A stretch of 64,000 bases of DNA from Paragordius varius. Lineage: Eukaryota > Animalia > Nematomorpha. This document shows, in pieces, positions 39,826 through 51,899 of this stretch. Each line of letters starts with the position of its first letter. The first letter of the stretch is position 1. Under the pieces are notes generated by a model, which was given only the letters and a program-made list of their open reading frames with translations, did not search any database and had not been told where the DNA came from. The position numbers and the translations under genes are program-made. The stretch lies in assembly GCA_964247055.1 (NCBI GenBank), contig OZ176052.1:10478001-10542000 (forward strand), given 5' to 3'.

Positions 39826-40951
39826 TAATTAACTCCTAAATAACGCAATTTCCATATCATGGCGCAGTTTTAGGCGGGTAGCTCCCTACCCAGAGGCTGA
39901 TTCAAAAAAGCGCTTGATTAAACTTTTTGCCTTTTTACGGAGAATACCTGGAATCATGATTGATTCCATATGCTCTCATTAGTTTTTGGGAAAATTGTCT
40001 CAAAACTGAAAAATCCTTCTATAATGGCGCCTTTTTCAGGGTGTGAAGGGCCTAATTACCCGCTAATTTTCTAAAACCGCTTAAATTTTTGCCTTGTTAC
40101 AGGCAATATTTTAAGCACCTATTGAACAATATGGCCTGATAGATTTTCTAAGGCACGCTATTTTGATATGACGGGGCGGTTTTTAGCGGGAATCTGTTTA
40201 CCCGGTAGCCAGTATAAAAAACGCATGACTAATATTTTTGCCTTTGAACAGAGAATACTTGGAATCCTCATTGACTTTTTACAGTCTCATACCTTTGGCG
40301 AATAGATTCAAAAAGTTATTTTTGTAGACTTTTTTTGAAAAAATGGCATTTTACGGGGGAGTGGGTAAAAAGAGGGACTAAATTAAAAAAGCGAGCCGTC
40401 TATGAGCGCGATCAAAAATAAGTAAAAAAATCATATTTTAAATCATATGGTCCAACACGTTCTCCGGAAAATTGTCTCAAAGACACGATTTTTGTGGACT
40501 TCTGTTTTGAAAAAAAAACAGTTTTTTACACGGGGTGGGCCCGAACTGGGGGTCTAATTCTAAAAAAGGGAGAAGCAATTGTCGGGGCATTCTTTAATGA
40601 TTATATTTTTTCGATATTATTCGAATGGGTCTACCGGTTTTCCGGAAACAGATCACAAGGCCAGCATTTTCCATTTTTATAAATATATCGATTATATTAA
40701 TTATTGTATTAATATTAAAATAACCACCAATTATGTAACTTTTAAAATGTCTCTTGAAATTAATGACCAATTTTATTTATATATCGTAAATCGCTCTTTG
40801 GTTGCAGCGGTTTGATGCTTAAAATTTATACATTTAAATTTTCCTACTTTGATCAACTTAATATAAAGATAATTATTACATTATTTTTGTAATCCATAAA
40901 TTTAGTATGCCTGAATTTTAAAAATTTTATAATTGCACCTAAACTTATATC

Positions 40952-43707
40952 TAGGGTTGTGCTGACCAAGTCGTGACCCGGTCAATTGATCGGGTCAGTT
41001 ATTTATTTTTTAACCATGGTCATTTAAAAACATATGTTTTTTGAAAAAATGCTAGTATATTTTTTTGGAAAAAATACAGTAAGATTTTATTGTTTTTTAA
41101 TATATTCTAAAAAAAATATATAACATATGCATTTAAGCGTATCCCGTTTTAAAAAACAAAACAATCAAGCACTTTACAAAGTATGTAATTCTTCCATAAA
41201 CTAAAGTGACCAGATAGGCTGTTTTTCGCAGTACAGTACTGGGTTTTCGAAAAAAAACCGCGCCTGTACTGCGCTGACTTTTGTACTGCTTTTTGAAATA
41301 ATTTATTTAATAAATATGTTTTAATTACCATTTATTTATACAAGTTTTATTTGTATAATTCGATAGAGTACCTTTAGTTAAAATAGATAAATGGTTTTTT
41401 TGCTGTAAAAAACTATGGCCTTTAATTTTAATATATTATTTTCTGCTCTATTATACACGGAGTTGGGTTTTGGACCGGTCAAATCGCTTATGAATGCAGC
41501 CATTCGCGTAGTGGCGGAACTATTTCTATCAGACTCCAGATTTAGGCCAACCTTTCACTCAGGGCTTCAGCAAAAGCGACCTCAAAAATAAACAAAAAAT
41601 AAATTAATATTTTAATAATTTTATCTTTTGAAAATTCATTTCATATAAATTTCAGCTAAATTAAATTTATTTAGGTTTACTTTGATTATATCAAACGGAA
41701 AATTTTTATATTTCCGCAACATATTATTATTAAATTTCATTATATTTGGTTTCGATATATTTTTCTAGGAATAAAACAACTTTTTTATGTTTTGGGTGGG
41801 AGGTATGTTCCTCAATTTTTTGCTTCCCTAAACTCTAATTTTTAGCCAGTTTTCTTTTCATTTTATGCATAAACAAATTTATAGAGCTATTTTAATTTTG
41901 GCATATACACTTACACACATAATAATTTTTTTATTAATTCTTTTCATTTTAATTTTTTGTTCCATGCCTTTTCCTATAAACAAAATATGGACTACGGAAA
42001 AAACACAACTCACAATAGATACCTTGAAAGCAATTGTAATAGTCAAAAATACAGAAGAAAACTGTGAAGCTTTTTTAGATAAAATTTCTCAAAACCATAA
42101 ATTATTGGGACAAATACATAAATCTGAAAAATATATATAATTTATTATTTTTAGATATTATTACTATTATAAAAAAATAATTATTACTAATAATTATGTC
42201 ACGTCATATACCATTGATTGGGTAGACTCGGAACTATTTGAATTATTTTTGAATTTTACACTGTAGCAAAGTCGGCATTTGAATAATTTTCTATCGATTC
42301 ACCTATCTTTTTTTCATCAACGCATAGTTTTACCTACTGTCAAATAGTAATTTTTTCTAAAAAGCTGTGGAACAGAACTTTAATAAGATCGTGTGTGAAT
42401 GATTTTATCTGCACGGCAACATCTTATAAAAACCAGATATATTGTTTCCCTCTATTTTTATTATCATATATTGGTAATTATATTGTTTTTGACAATAAGC
42501 ATTTTTTAAAACAAACATACCATTATATATAAAAAATGGAAAGTAGTGGCTTGGTGATCTATTTCCGGGAAACCGGTAGACCCATTCAAATCCAAATGTC
42601 GAAAAAATATAATCATTAATAAATGCCCCGACAATAGCTTCGCCCTTTTTTTAAATTAGGCCCCCAGTTCGTGCCTACCCCGTGTAAAAAACGGTTTTTT
42701 TGAAAAGTCCACAAAAATCGTGTCTTTGAGAGAATTTTGGAAAACGTGTTGGGCCATTCAATTTCAAATATGATTTTGTTTAATTTTCGATTGCGCCGAA
42801 CATAATCGGCTCGCTTTTTTAGTTAAGGCCCTTTTACCCGCTCCTCCCGTAAAGTGCCATTTTTCCAAAAAAATTCAAAAGTAATTGTTTGAATCTAGTT
42901 TTCGCCCAAGTAAACAATATATTAGTATGAATGCACCGTTTTGAAATTCCTATGAGATCATAGCTAATAAATAATGTTTCGAAGTAATCCACATATATGG
43001 ATCATTTTGTCCCTTTTTTCAAATAGCCCCCTCAGTCAGAAGGAATTCCTCGGGCTGCGTAGCAGCACGAAATTTACGCTAGTATTATTATATATCCATC
43101 TATATAACATATGATATAATTATATGTATAGACATTTATATTAAATTTTTAATAAATTTATTGTTAAATATTTTAATTGTTTCTAATGAGCTTATAAATA
43201 GTAACGAACAATATCATTTAATATAAAACACCGAAAATCCGGTTAAAAATAGGCAAAGTATGTTTTAATTTTGTACTGCGCCAGGGTTCTAAATATCTGG
43301 TCACATTAGCATAAACCAATAAAATGAAAAACATCCTATAATTGGATATTTTAATGATGAAAGATGTAAAACAAACTAGGTAAAAGTTTATTTGAAATAT
43401 CCAGTATTAAATGCTATGTATTTGAAGATTTAAAAAGAAATGTGGCAAAATTCATTTGAAAACAATTTCTTGATTAAATTCGATGAAAATTTTTAATAAT
43501 AAATATCAAAAAAATGTATAATACAAATTTTTAAGAAAAAAACATTACAATATTAGTGAAGCGCAAGTGTAATTCGAACATTATTTTGACAATTCAATAT
43601 CGCATGATACTTCCTTAAGTAAAAAGTGGTCATGACCGTGGCCATGACCATGGACTGACTGGGTCTGACCAGTCTTTTTTGAAAAAGCAGTCAAATGCAC
43701 AACCCTA
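40952..43707 (-). mobile_element. Decayed hAT transposon (Ac/ZBED-like) containing a nested Helitron
   Basis: 11-bp TIR TAGGGTTGTGC and 8-bp TSD cttatatc / cttatatt (7/8). Minus-strand remnants in the expected order: BED-finger-like KCRLC (~42270), then GHFSLWKNYILCKVLDCFVF (~41150-41220; compare hAT HFxxxxWxLxxxVLxCxxF). Confidence 0.75.
42523..43082 (+). mobile_element. Non-autonomous Helitron, short form, nested in the hAT element
   Basis: Degenerate 5' end ttatatataaaaaatgg. 3' hairpin ctcgggctgc-gta-gcagcacga followed by atttacgCTAG|t. Confidence 0.8.
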
Positions 43708-44532
43708 CTTATATTCAATTAAAATATTTAATAACTTGTATCAAAAATATATGTAAATAGGCCACGCACCTTGTTCAATAGTTCTGAAGGCTTTGTGCAA
43801 CTTAAATTTTTGTATAAAGTCGATCATAGGTTTCAGAATCCGTAAAAATTGGAAATAAGCGCCATACGAGAAAAAACCAAATAATAAAAAACAGCTACTT
43901 TAAGTATTTTTGCTATAACTATTAAACGTTTACCATATGTTGGTGATAGAAGAAACAGTAAAGAAACAAACAATCAAAGTAGTTTCAAAAAATTTCAATT
44001 AACCGTTTTTGTGGTTTTGTTTCATTTTTACATGCTAAAATCGATTTTAAAAAAGATTCGGAAATTCAAATTAATTAAAACAAAAGATCTTTTGTCTATA
44101 TTTGACTTTCTTAGATTTAATTTAGATTAGAAAATTCGAAAATATAAAATTTTTATTAGTTAACTTAGATGAATTTCATTTTCATACTAGGTATAATTTA
44201 GCACCAAAAAACGGTTACTTTAAAATTTGATTAAGCGTTTTGCATTCGATTAATAAGCTAAAAAAATCAATAATATACACATATAATAATGATCATTGTT
44301 AATATGTCAACATATATGAAAATTTAATACCACTGTATAATTTTAGTACTTTTGATTCTAATTTACGTGGCTCAATTCCAGAAAATCCGAGCATAGGATT
44401 TGTAACTTTGGAGATGAGGGTCAGTTATTAATTATCTGAAGAGCCATTTATCGTAGTGCAGTCCTGTATATAAAATAAGCTTCATATACTGCTTATATGA
44501 TTATATAGTTTTTGAAATTTTTAGTATAATTA

Positions 44533-45125
44533 CTAGCGTAAATCTCGTGCTGCTACGCAGCACGAGGAATTCCTTCGGACTTCTGGGGGATGGGGGCTAT
44601 TTGAAATAAGGGACCATAAAATAATCCACATATGTGGATTATTTCGAAACATTATTTAAATATGATTTTATAGGAATTTTAAAACGGTGCATTCATACTA
44701 ATATATTGTTTACTTGGGGAAAAATAGATTTAAAAAATTATTTTTGTGGACTTTGTTTTTTTTGAAAAAGGTGGCATTTTACGGGGGGAGCAGGTAAAAA
44801 GAGGGCTTAAATCAAAAAAGCGAGACGACTATGTTCGGCGCAATCGAAATTAAGTAAACAAAAATTATATTTGAAATTGAATGGTCCAACACGTTCTTTA
44901 GAAAATTGTCTCAAAGACACGATTTTTGTGGACTTCTCTTTTAAAAAAAACCGTTTTTCACACGGGGTGGGCCCGAACTGGGGGCCTATTTCAAAAAAGG
45001 GCGAAGCTATTGTCGGGGCATTCATTAATGATTATATTTTTTCGAAGTTAAAATTTGAATGGATCTACCGGTTTTCCGGTACCAGATCACAAAGCCAGCA
45101 TTTTCCATTTTTATAAATATATAGA
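44533..45125 (-). mobile_element. Non-autonomous Helitron, short form, both termini intact
   Basis: On the minus strand a|TCTATATATTTATAA ... CTAG|t. Perfect 10-bp hairpin ctcgtgctgc-tac-gcagcacgag at 44544-44566, a few nt from the CTAG end. Inserted between A and T with no TSD. Confidence 0.88.
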
Positions 45126-46956
45126 TTAGATTATATTTTTAATACGTCCCTCTTTCATTATGAGTCCATATGAAAATAAATACTTGGCTTATTATGGCAC
45201 AATTCGTGAAATTTCCAGGTATATCAAAAATATTTTTTTAAAAAATGGAATTCATGAAAGAATGCATGACAGATTTATGTGTGGACCACGTTGATTTTTA
45301 AATATTAAAAAATATTGTAATTTCTTAAAATAATTGTATGCATATTTTAAAGTATTCCAACTTTTGGATTAACAAAATATAATTTGAAATATATTTTTTA
45401 AAAAAACACTATGTATAGATCCATTGTATATCCAAGTATTATATTTTTTAAAACGTAACTTCAAAAAATAATTAAAAAATTTTAAAATCACGGACATTTT
45501 GAGCGCAAATTTCGTGATTAGTTTAAAATTCATCTTACACTGCGCCACAAAATAATATCCCGTTAAATTATATATTCTGATTGGAAAATGTATCAGGATT
45601 ATCGTGATCTTTTGGTTTTGGCCCTTACGATTGATATAAGAAAGTTAAATACACTTTTGTGTTAAGTGCCCCATATCAGAAAATGATTTGCGCACATTTT
45701 TTTTAATAAATATTTATTGATGAAAGCTAGATGCACATTCCAAAAAATATCACTAAAATATCATAAACTACCTATAAAAAGTAAAACGATATTTTGAAAA
45801 ATTTGATTTGGGCTCCGAAAGTCCCAAGTTTTTTTACCCTTCTAAAGTGGGTTGGTTCTCTAAAATTAAACGCTAAAATGCCGGAATCGCACGAAATCTT
45901 AAATATATGCTAAATTTTGTTATCAACTAAAAATATTTTTCAAAAAATGCATTCTTTTTTTAAAAAAAATTCAATTTTTGCAATTGTTGAAGCCTGCTTC
46001 ATACTAGTCTGAGGCATTATGAAAACGGGATAGAAACGATCATATTATTAACACACATTTTCTTTATAATTTAATGATGCTGAACTTTTCTACCTCAGAA
46101 TTTTGATTAAAATATTCATTAGTCTTTATTAGGTTAAATTCAAATTGTGTTTTTTATAAAAATTCACCAAAACTTGAAAGTAAACCAACCTTTAAATTAA
46201 CAAGGTTTCACCACCCTAATTTTTCGCGTTTTCTGATATATGCTGTAGTAAGGCTAATACCAAAAAAGAATATTACGTCCCAATTAGATTTTTAAAACAT
46301 TTGAGCTTTCACTTTTTTTAAAAATTTTTAATTAGGTGTAATTTTTATATTATAATAACTATATATAATAATTTGTAAACAAAACATATATAACTTGTTA
46401 GAACGAAAAAACTCTATAAAATTAATTTTACGATAGAAGCAAAATTCATTTTAAAATATCAAAGCTTAAAAAGCCTAATCATAGCTTTTTTTGCAACCGT
46501 AAATGATAATCATTAAAAAGTAGAAAGAAAGATTGAATAATAATTGATATCTGTAAAGTCGACATCGTTCTTTCGGGATCAACAAAATTTTTTTTTAATT
46601 TTGTGTTTTTCTTGGTTTTTTATATATACTTTTATAAGTTTAGAATTGTTTATAAAAATATTAAAAAAGTAAACACTTTTCTACCTGGTATATTAAGTAA
46701 ATATATTTAAATTTTGAAAGGAATTGATCGAGATTGCGGATATCCCTAAATCAAGTATAATTTTCTTATTTTAGACCAAAAAAATTATCCCGATAAATTT
46801 TGTATTGTTGTGGAAAATTTATATTTAAAAAAATTTACGGAATATTGATGATATACTCGAAAACGTTATACGAAATAATTTGACACCAACATGGATATTT
46901 AAAAAGCATGAGCTCCGTTGCCGATTTTTGGAATACCGCATCCACTTTGTACAAAT

Positions 46957-47442
46957 TTAACACTTCGATTCAACTAGTGGTATCTAAATACCCCAGGCTG
47001 ATATTTTTAAAAACTACTAAAAGGTCCCAATTTATTTTGATGCTTCCATCCTAATAAATATGTAAATAATCCCAAATATATAAATAAAATATATTTCTGT
47101 ACAAAATTCCACATAAAACTACTTCGAAGCCCTTATTTTACTTAATAAAATTAAAGCTATTAATTCACATCTAACATTGAAAGACACAGAAAAAGTGGTT
47201 TTTGTATTATTTAAAGTTATATTGACCAAATTTTTATCTTTGGGGTTATCTTAAAAAATATATTAAATATTTTGAATGATTTTTTTGTATTTTTCGGTTA
47301 ATTGATGTTGTACAAGTGCAAACTTTAGCCATGGTTTCCTTCCTTCCATATTTTTTGAATTCAATTTTAACAGGATTGGGGTTTCCAAAGACCCTAATTT
47401 GAATCGAAGGACTGAAATGAATTTTTTGTATCCAAGTGTTAA
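46957..47442 (+). mobile_element. piggyBac-like TTAA-flanked MITE
   Basis: ttaa-CACTTCGATT ... GTATCCAAGTG-ttaa. Homologous to 29787-30314. Confidence 0.75.
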
Positions 47443-48279
47443 AAAAACACAAATAGGAAACAAAGTTTAAAATTTCTGGTATTTTTAAAATAATAAAACA
47501 ACAACTCTGGTAATATTAAAATTACACCAAAAACTATATAAATTCTAAAAGACTACACTTTAATTTGCATCCTTATTTCAATTTTTTATATGGAGATACC
47601 GAAATTTAAAAAGTGAATTTAAAAACCCACCATAAATTTTAATGTTTCAGCTTGACACAAAGATAACATTTGTATTCTAAAGATAAAGTTTTTTACGCTT
47701 TATTATACGGATTTGATAATATACAATTAAAAAAATAAAGTAATATTTCTTGTTTTTAAAAATCGCAACATCTTTAATAAGAATTTTCATTTGGAAGAGC
47801 AAAATAATGTCAGATTCGGTTTGCTAGAATTAGTCCAAATTTGAACTGTTCGTAAAATGGTCAAATTTGTTGTCTAGTTTATTAAAAACTAACAATGTAT
47901 TTTTACTCATACTGAATTAAAATAATTAATTTTTTAGTTAAAGAAATTCAAATTAAATTTAGACCCAATTTTAGCTTTTGAAGGCATGTGTTTATCAACT
48001 CAACATCAATATTTACATATAATTTTATATATTACTTAAAAAATTTGTTGCTCCATTTGATGTAAATCAATTTTCTGCCCTATAAAACATGAATAAAATG
48101 TTATATGAGCTTAAATCATAAGCTAAATGGGCAAAAATATGTCTAAAATTCAAAATGATATAAAATACTGGTGCGCCCTTGTGCCAATGCAAAAGGAAAG
48201 ATTATTTATGATAAATAAATAAAAAATTCAAATGATATGTCTTATTTTTCATCATAAATTTAATTATGTATGATTTTCC

Positions 48280-48282
48280 ATA

Positions 48283-48330
<48 letters not shown>
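48280..48330. repeat. (TA)n microsatellite (shorter ones at ~6231-6253, 13320-13343, 54503-54540, 60986-61004)
   Basis: Direct reading. Confidence 0.95.
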
Positions 48331-48333
<3 letters not shown>

Positions 48334-48536
48334 CATTAGACATTAATCTAAAATTAAAATTGCTTAAACTAAAATCAATGGTAAACCCTAAATCAGAGTG
48401 GATATTTTGTTTTAAGTTTAAAATTTATTTATATTCATTTTTTGTAGTTTGTGCTTAGTTAACAAATTTATCATGTACATATGGTAAAATATATTTACAA
48501 TTATTTTTAATATGCAAATATGAATACATCCTAATA

Positions 48537-48950
48537 TTATTGGCATTTTTTTTCACATTCTTCGAGTGTTCGAAAGTTATTTTTGTTTCCCTTACATCCT
48601 CCATATATAAATTTTTTACATTGCTGAGTAGTCGCATCAAAGTACCAGTTTTCAAAATAACCTCGACATGGGCCAGAATCTTTTGGCTCCAGGCATATTG
48701 AATTACGAGTACAACCTGTACTAAAACCTATAATATATATAAAAATATATAAATAACATTTTTCTCCTAAGATGCATGTATGCCTTCACGATACGCTTGC
48801 ATCTGCACACTTTACACAAAAAATATATTAATAAAATATATGTTTTCTTTATGCCGCGTCCACCTAACCTATTAGTATGGCGGATAGAATATTTAATAAA
48901 TTCAATGTAAAAGTCGAATGTATTGACCGACTTTCCCAAAATGGATCCAT
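48537..48950 (-). CDS. Small secreted single-domain Kunitz/BPTI serine-protease inhibitor (~90 aa)
   Basis: Exon 1 48869-48950 (MDPFWESRSIHSTFTLNLLNILSAILI, hydrophobic leader, G|gttagg). Exon 2 48537-48727 (in-frame alternative acceptor at 48715): GFSTGCTRNSICLEPKDSGPCRGYFENWYFDATTQQCKKFIYGGCKGNKNNFRTLEECEKKCQ*. All six Kunitz Cys and FxYGGCxGNxNNF are present; P1 is Arg. The Kunitz frame is absent from the supplied ORF track. Confidence 0.9.
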
Positions 48951-51899
48951 CCGGCGATTAATAAATTTTGATAATCCATATTTTTTAGGATTATTATTAA
49001 ATTATTTTACGACCATTTACTAATACGCTTTTTATTTCGCTAAAACACACACTTAGGCAACTTTCTTGATATATGATGAAATTTTCATGCAACACGTCAA
49101 CATAGGCAATAATATACTAATGAGGAAGAGTTTTTAACAAAAGAAAACAAAATTATTTTTTAAGGAACAAATACTTTTGAAAATTTTTTTGCCCTATTTA
49201 TATGAAATTTTTAATTAATTAGTTCATGCTTTCGAGCACTTGTCCTGTTACACACTATTATTCTTTTTTACGATTAAAGCTTATCTTTTTCACTTCATGT
49301 TATGTTATAGCTAAGTTGTTTTTAGGATTTAAGGATCGGTGCTTCATAAGTAGTCCTATTAGCTATGTAAATTTGCAAGATAGCTATGGATGCATTAAAT
49401 TATGAACACGAGATATACGTTATAATCATTTTTCTACAAATAATATGCACGAAAATAAATCATATAATTAAATTATTACAATTATTCTACTTAATTTGAA
49501 GGCCTAATAATACAATAGGTAGGCTGTCGGCCTCTTACACTGGTGTAGAGTGTCAGAGCTCGATTTCTGAAACTGGCTATTACTCCTTTACACTGTCAAC
49601 CATGAACAGGATAGTGAAACTTTCACAAGTCCTGATACCCTTTAACTTTTATCCATTAATAAAAGGAAAAGATGCTTAACTAAATATTTTATTAATCCGT
49701 TTTTATTTATTCACAACCTTTATACACGTATTTTTTAAGTATACGTTTCCTATTCATTTATTTATTAAAAATTTGGTTAGCCAAATAAGTAGGTGATTAT
49801 TAGCTTCTTTTATATTTATTTATAAATTGTATATATTTAATAAATGTTGATATATTTGTAATAAGGTTATTTCATTACTAATTTAAAAGTATGATACAAG
49901 CTTTTTATACTTACATACCTAGAAATAGAATGTAAAGAATTAGGCACCAATATCCCAACATTATTATGATATTTTAAATCTAAAAAATTATATAATCGCT
50001 TATAAAGCGCAACAAGCCTTGTTTATTTTGGACGGAAAAAGCTTATCTATTAATCACTAATTAATTATACACTTTACCCAATATCTTTTTTATTCCAAAA
50101 ATAGGAGTGAGAATTAATTAACTAATATATATATTTTGGCACAATGTGCTTAAAAATGGCTATCTAGTACTAACGTTGTAGCTATGTATATTATATAATA
50201 AAAAATTTTTTTTATAAATACTATTATATAAAGCCTATAAACTTTTGTAAAATTTTATATGCGCGTCAACAAAAAAAAATGATTGGGACATAATTATATT
50301 CTGATAGAAAAATGTATTAGATTGATACGCTTTTGATTTTGAGTCTTATGATTTATTTAAGGTTTTGCACTTTTGTGGTAATATCTCCATATGAAAAAAT
50401 TGCAAAATTGGTACACCATATGCTAAATGATTTCGCCAAATTTAGGGGTTCTTTCAAAAAATCTTTTATATTATATAGGCACACACAAAATTATATTAAA
50501 TACGAAAGTCTCAAATTTTCGGGCCCCTCTAAAATGAACTTGTTAATGTATAGGGACAAAAAGCTTCTATGGAATTTAGAAGCATGGTGGAGACTTATAA
50601 CACTTTAAAATAATGCAAATATATCTATATGCGACTGATATCGATTCGGATCTGTAATATGAAATTTTTTCTCAAATTGTTTTTAAACACATTTTATATC
50701 TAACTTAAATTCGTAATTAATTTAAATCAAACTGATTAAACTATGAAGCAGGAGTGATTTATAATTTCTCAAGTTATGTACCGTTTACATCATGCATCAA
50801 AATACCGAAAAGCCTTTAATTTTTAACAATGTATGCAACTTAATTATTATAACATATTGAAGATTGCTATCAATCTCTAAACTTTCTCGTTTATTAATAA
50901 GAACTATACAAAAATTTAAGCATCTTGAACTTTACATCCAAATTTAATTTAATAAATATTGTTTAGTGATATATATATTTAATATAAATATTGTTTTTAA
51001 AGATATAATTTATGATTATTAATATTTTTGGAAAAAAGCATTAGTTTTTATAATCATTATTAATTTAGTATAGTAAGCTAATTTTCCAAATTTCTCAATA
51101 TGAAACAAGTACCAAAACGGTAAAACATTTTAAATAGCTTGTAAACCCTAAAACCAAAAGCACCCGAAAATATTGATGCCATCCAGTTATATTATCAAGA
51201 TTTTAGGCTCCCCTATACAATGTTGTACATGTTAACAGTTTGCATTAATGGTTGCTAATTTTACACTATAAATGGGCAATTTGCAACACAGTAGTGTATG
51301 GAGAAAAGAAAGGACAAAATTGTTTATTTTTGTTGTTTTTCCATCCACTATTTTGCTGATTGCCCAACCATATTCTGAAAGCAACCAATACTATAATTAG
51401 AATAAAATTTTTTAACAGTTAACAAATCCTAAAAGATTTTTATATAAGAGAGGGCGCTTGATGTGTAGATTAGTCTGAATGCCGAAAAATTTTAAACGTA
51501 ATGAAAACATGTTTAGGTGTAATAGGGGGGTTGAGAAAACCCCAAAAACACACTATGTTTCAATTAACAAAAAATCATAATTACAAGTTTAAAATAAATT
51601 TATTAAAGAGCTATGCAAATTTAACTATGTCTCATGACAAGTTGTATTATTGATATAAATATATTAATCAAACAATATTTTTATATACAACTTAATGTAT
51701 CAATTCGATTGATAAAGTTCTCACCCCTAAGTGGTAATTATTAATAATATAAGTGATGCAATTTATTTATTTAACAAGTTTTAACATAAGAATGCCGAAT
51801 CATTACACATAGAATAAATAAGTGTTGATTGATTAATTGTAAAGCAAAAAAAATATTAAATTTAAAACCCGTTGGTAAATGAAAATTGAAGCATAAAAT

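Larger units (their letters stand above)
35650..40691 (-). mobile_element. Non-autonomous Helitron, long form with ~320-bp tandem units, interrupted by the 36739-39825 insertion; 3'-truncated
   Basis: 5' terminus a|TCGATATATTTATAAAAATGG at 40691. The unit marker ggcgggtagc occurs at ~35809, 36136, 36460, 39872 and 40186 (spacing ~315-330 bp once the insert is removed). The sequence resumes colinearly across the insert (ttttctaa-TAA-ttaactcc versus ttttctgtaaattagctcc at 18870). Confidence 0.8.
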
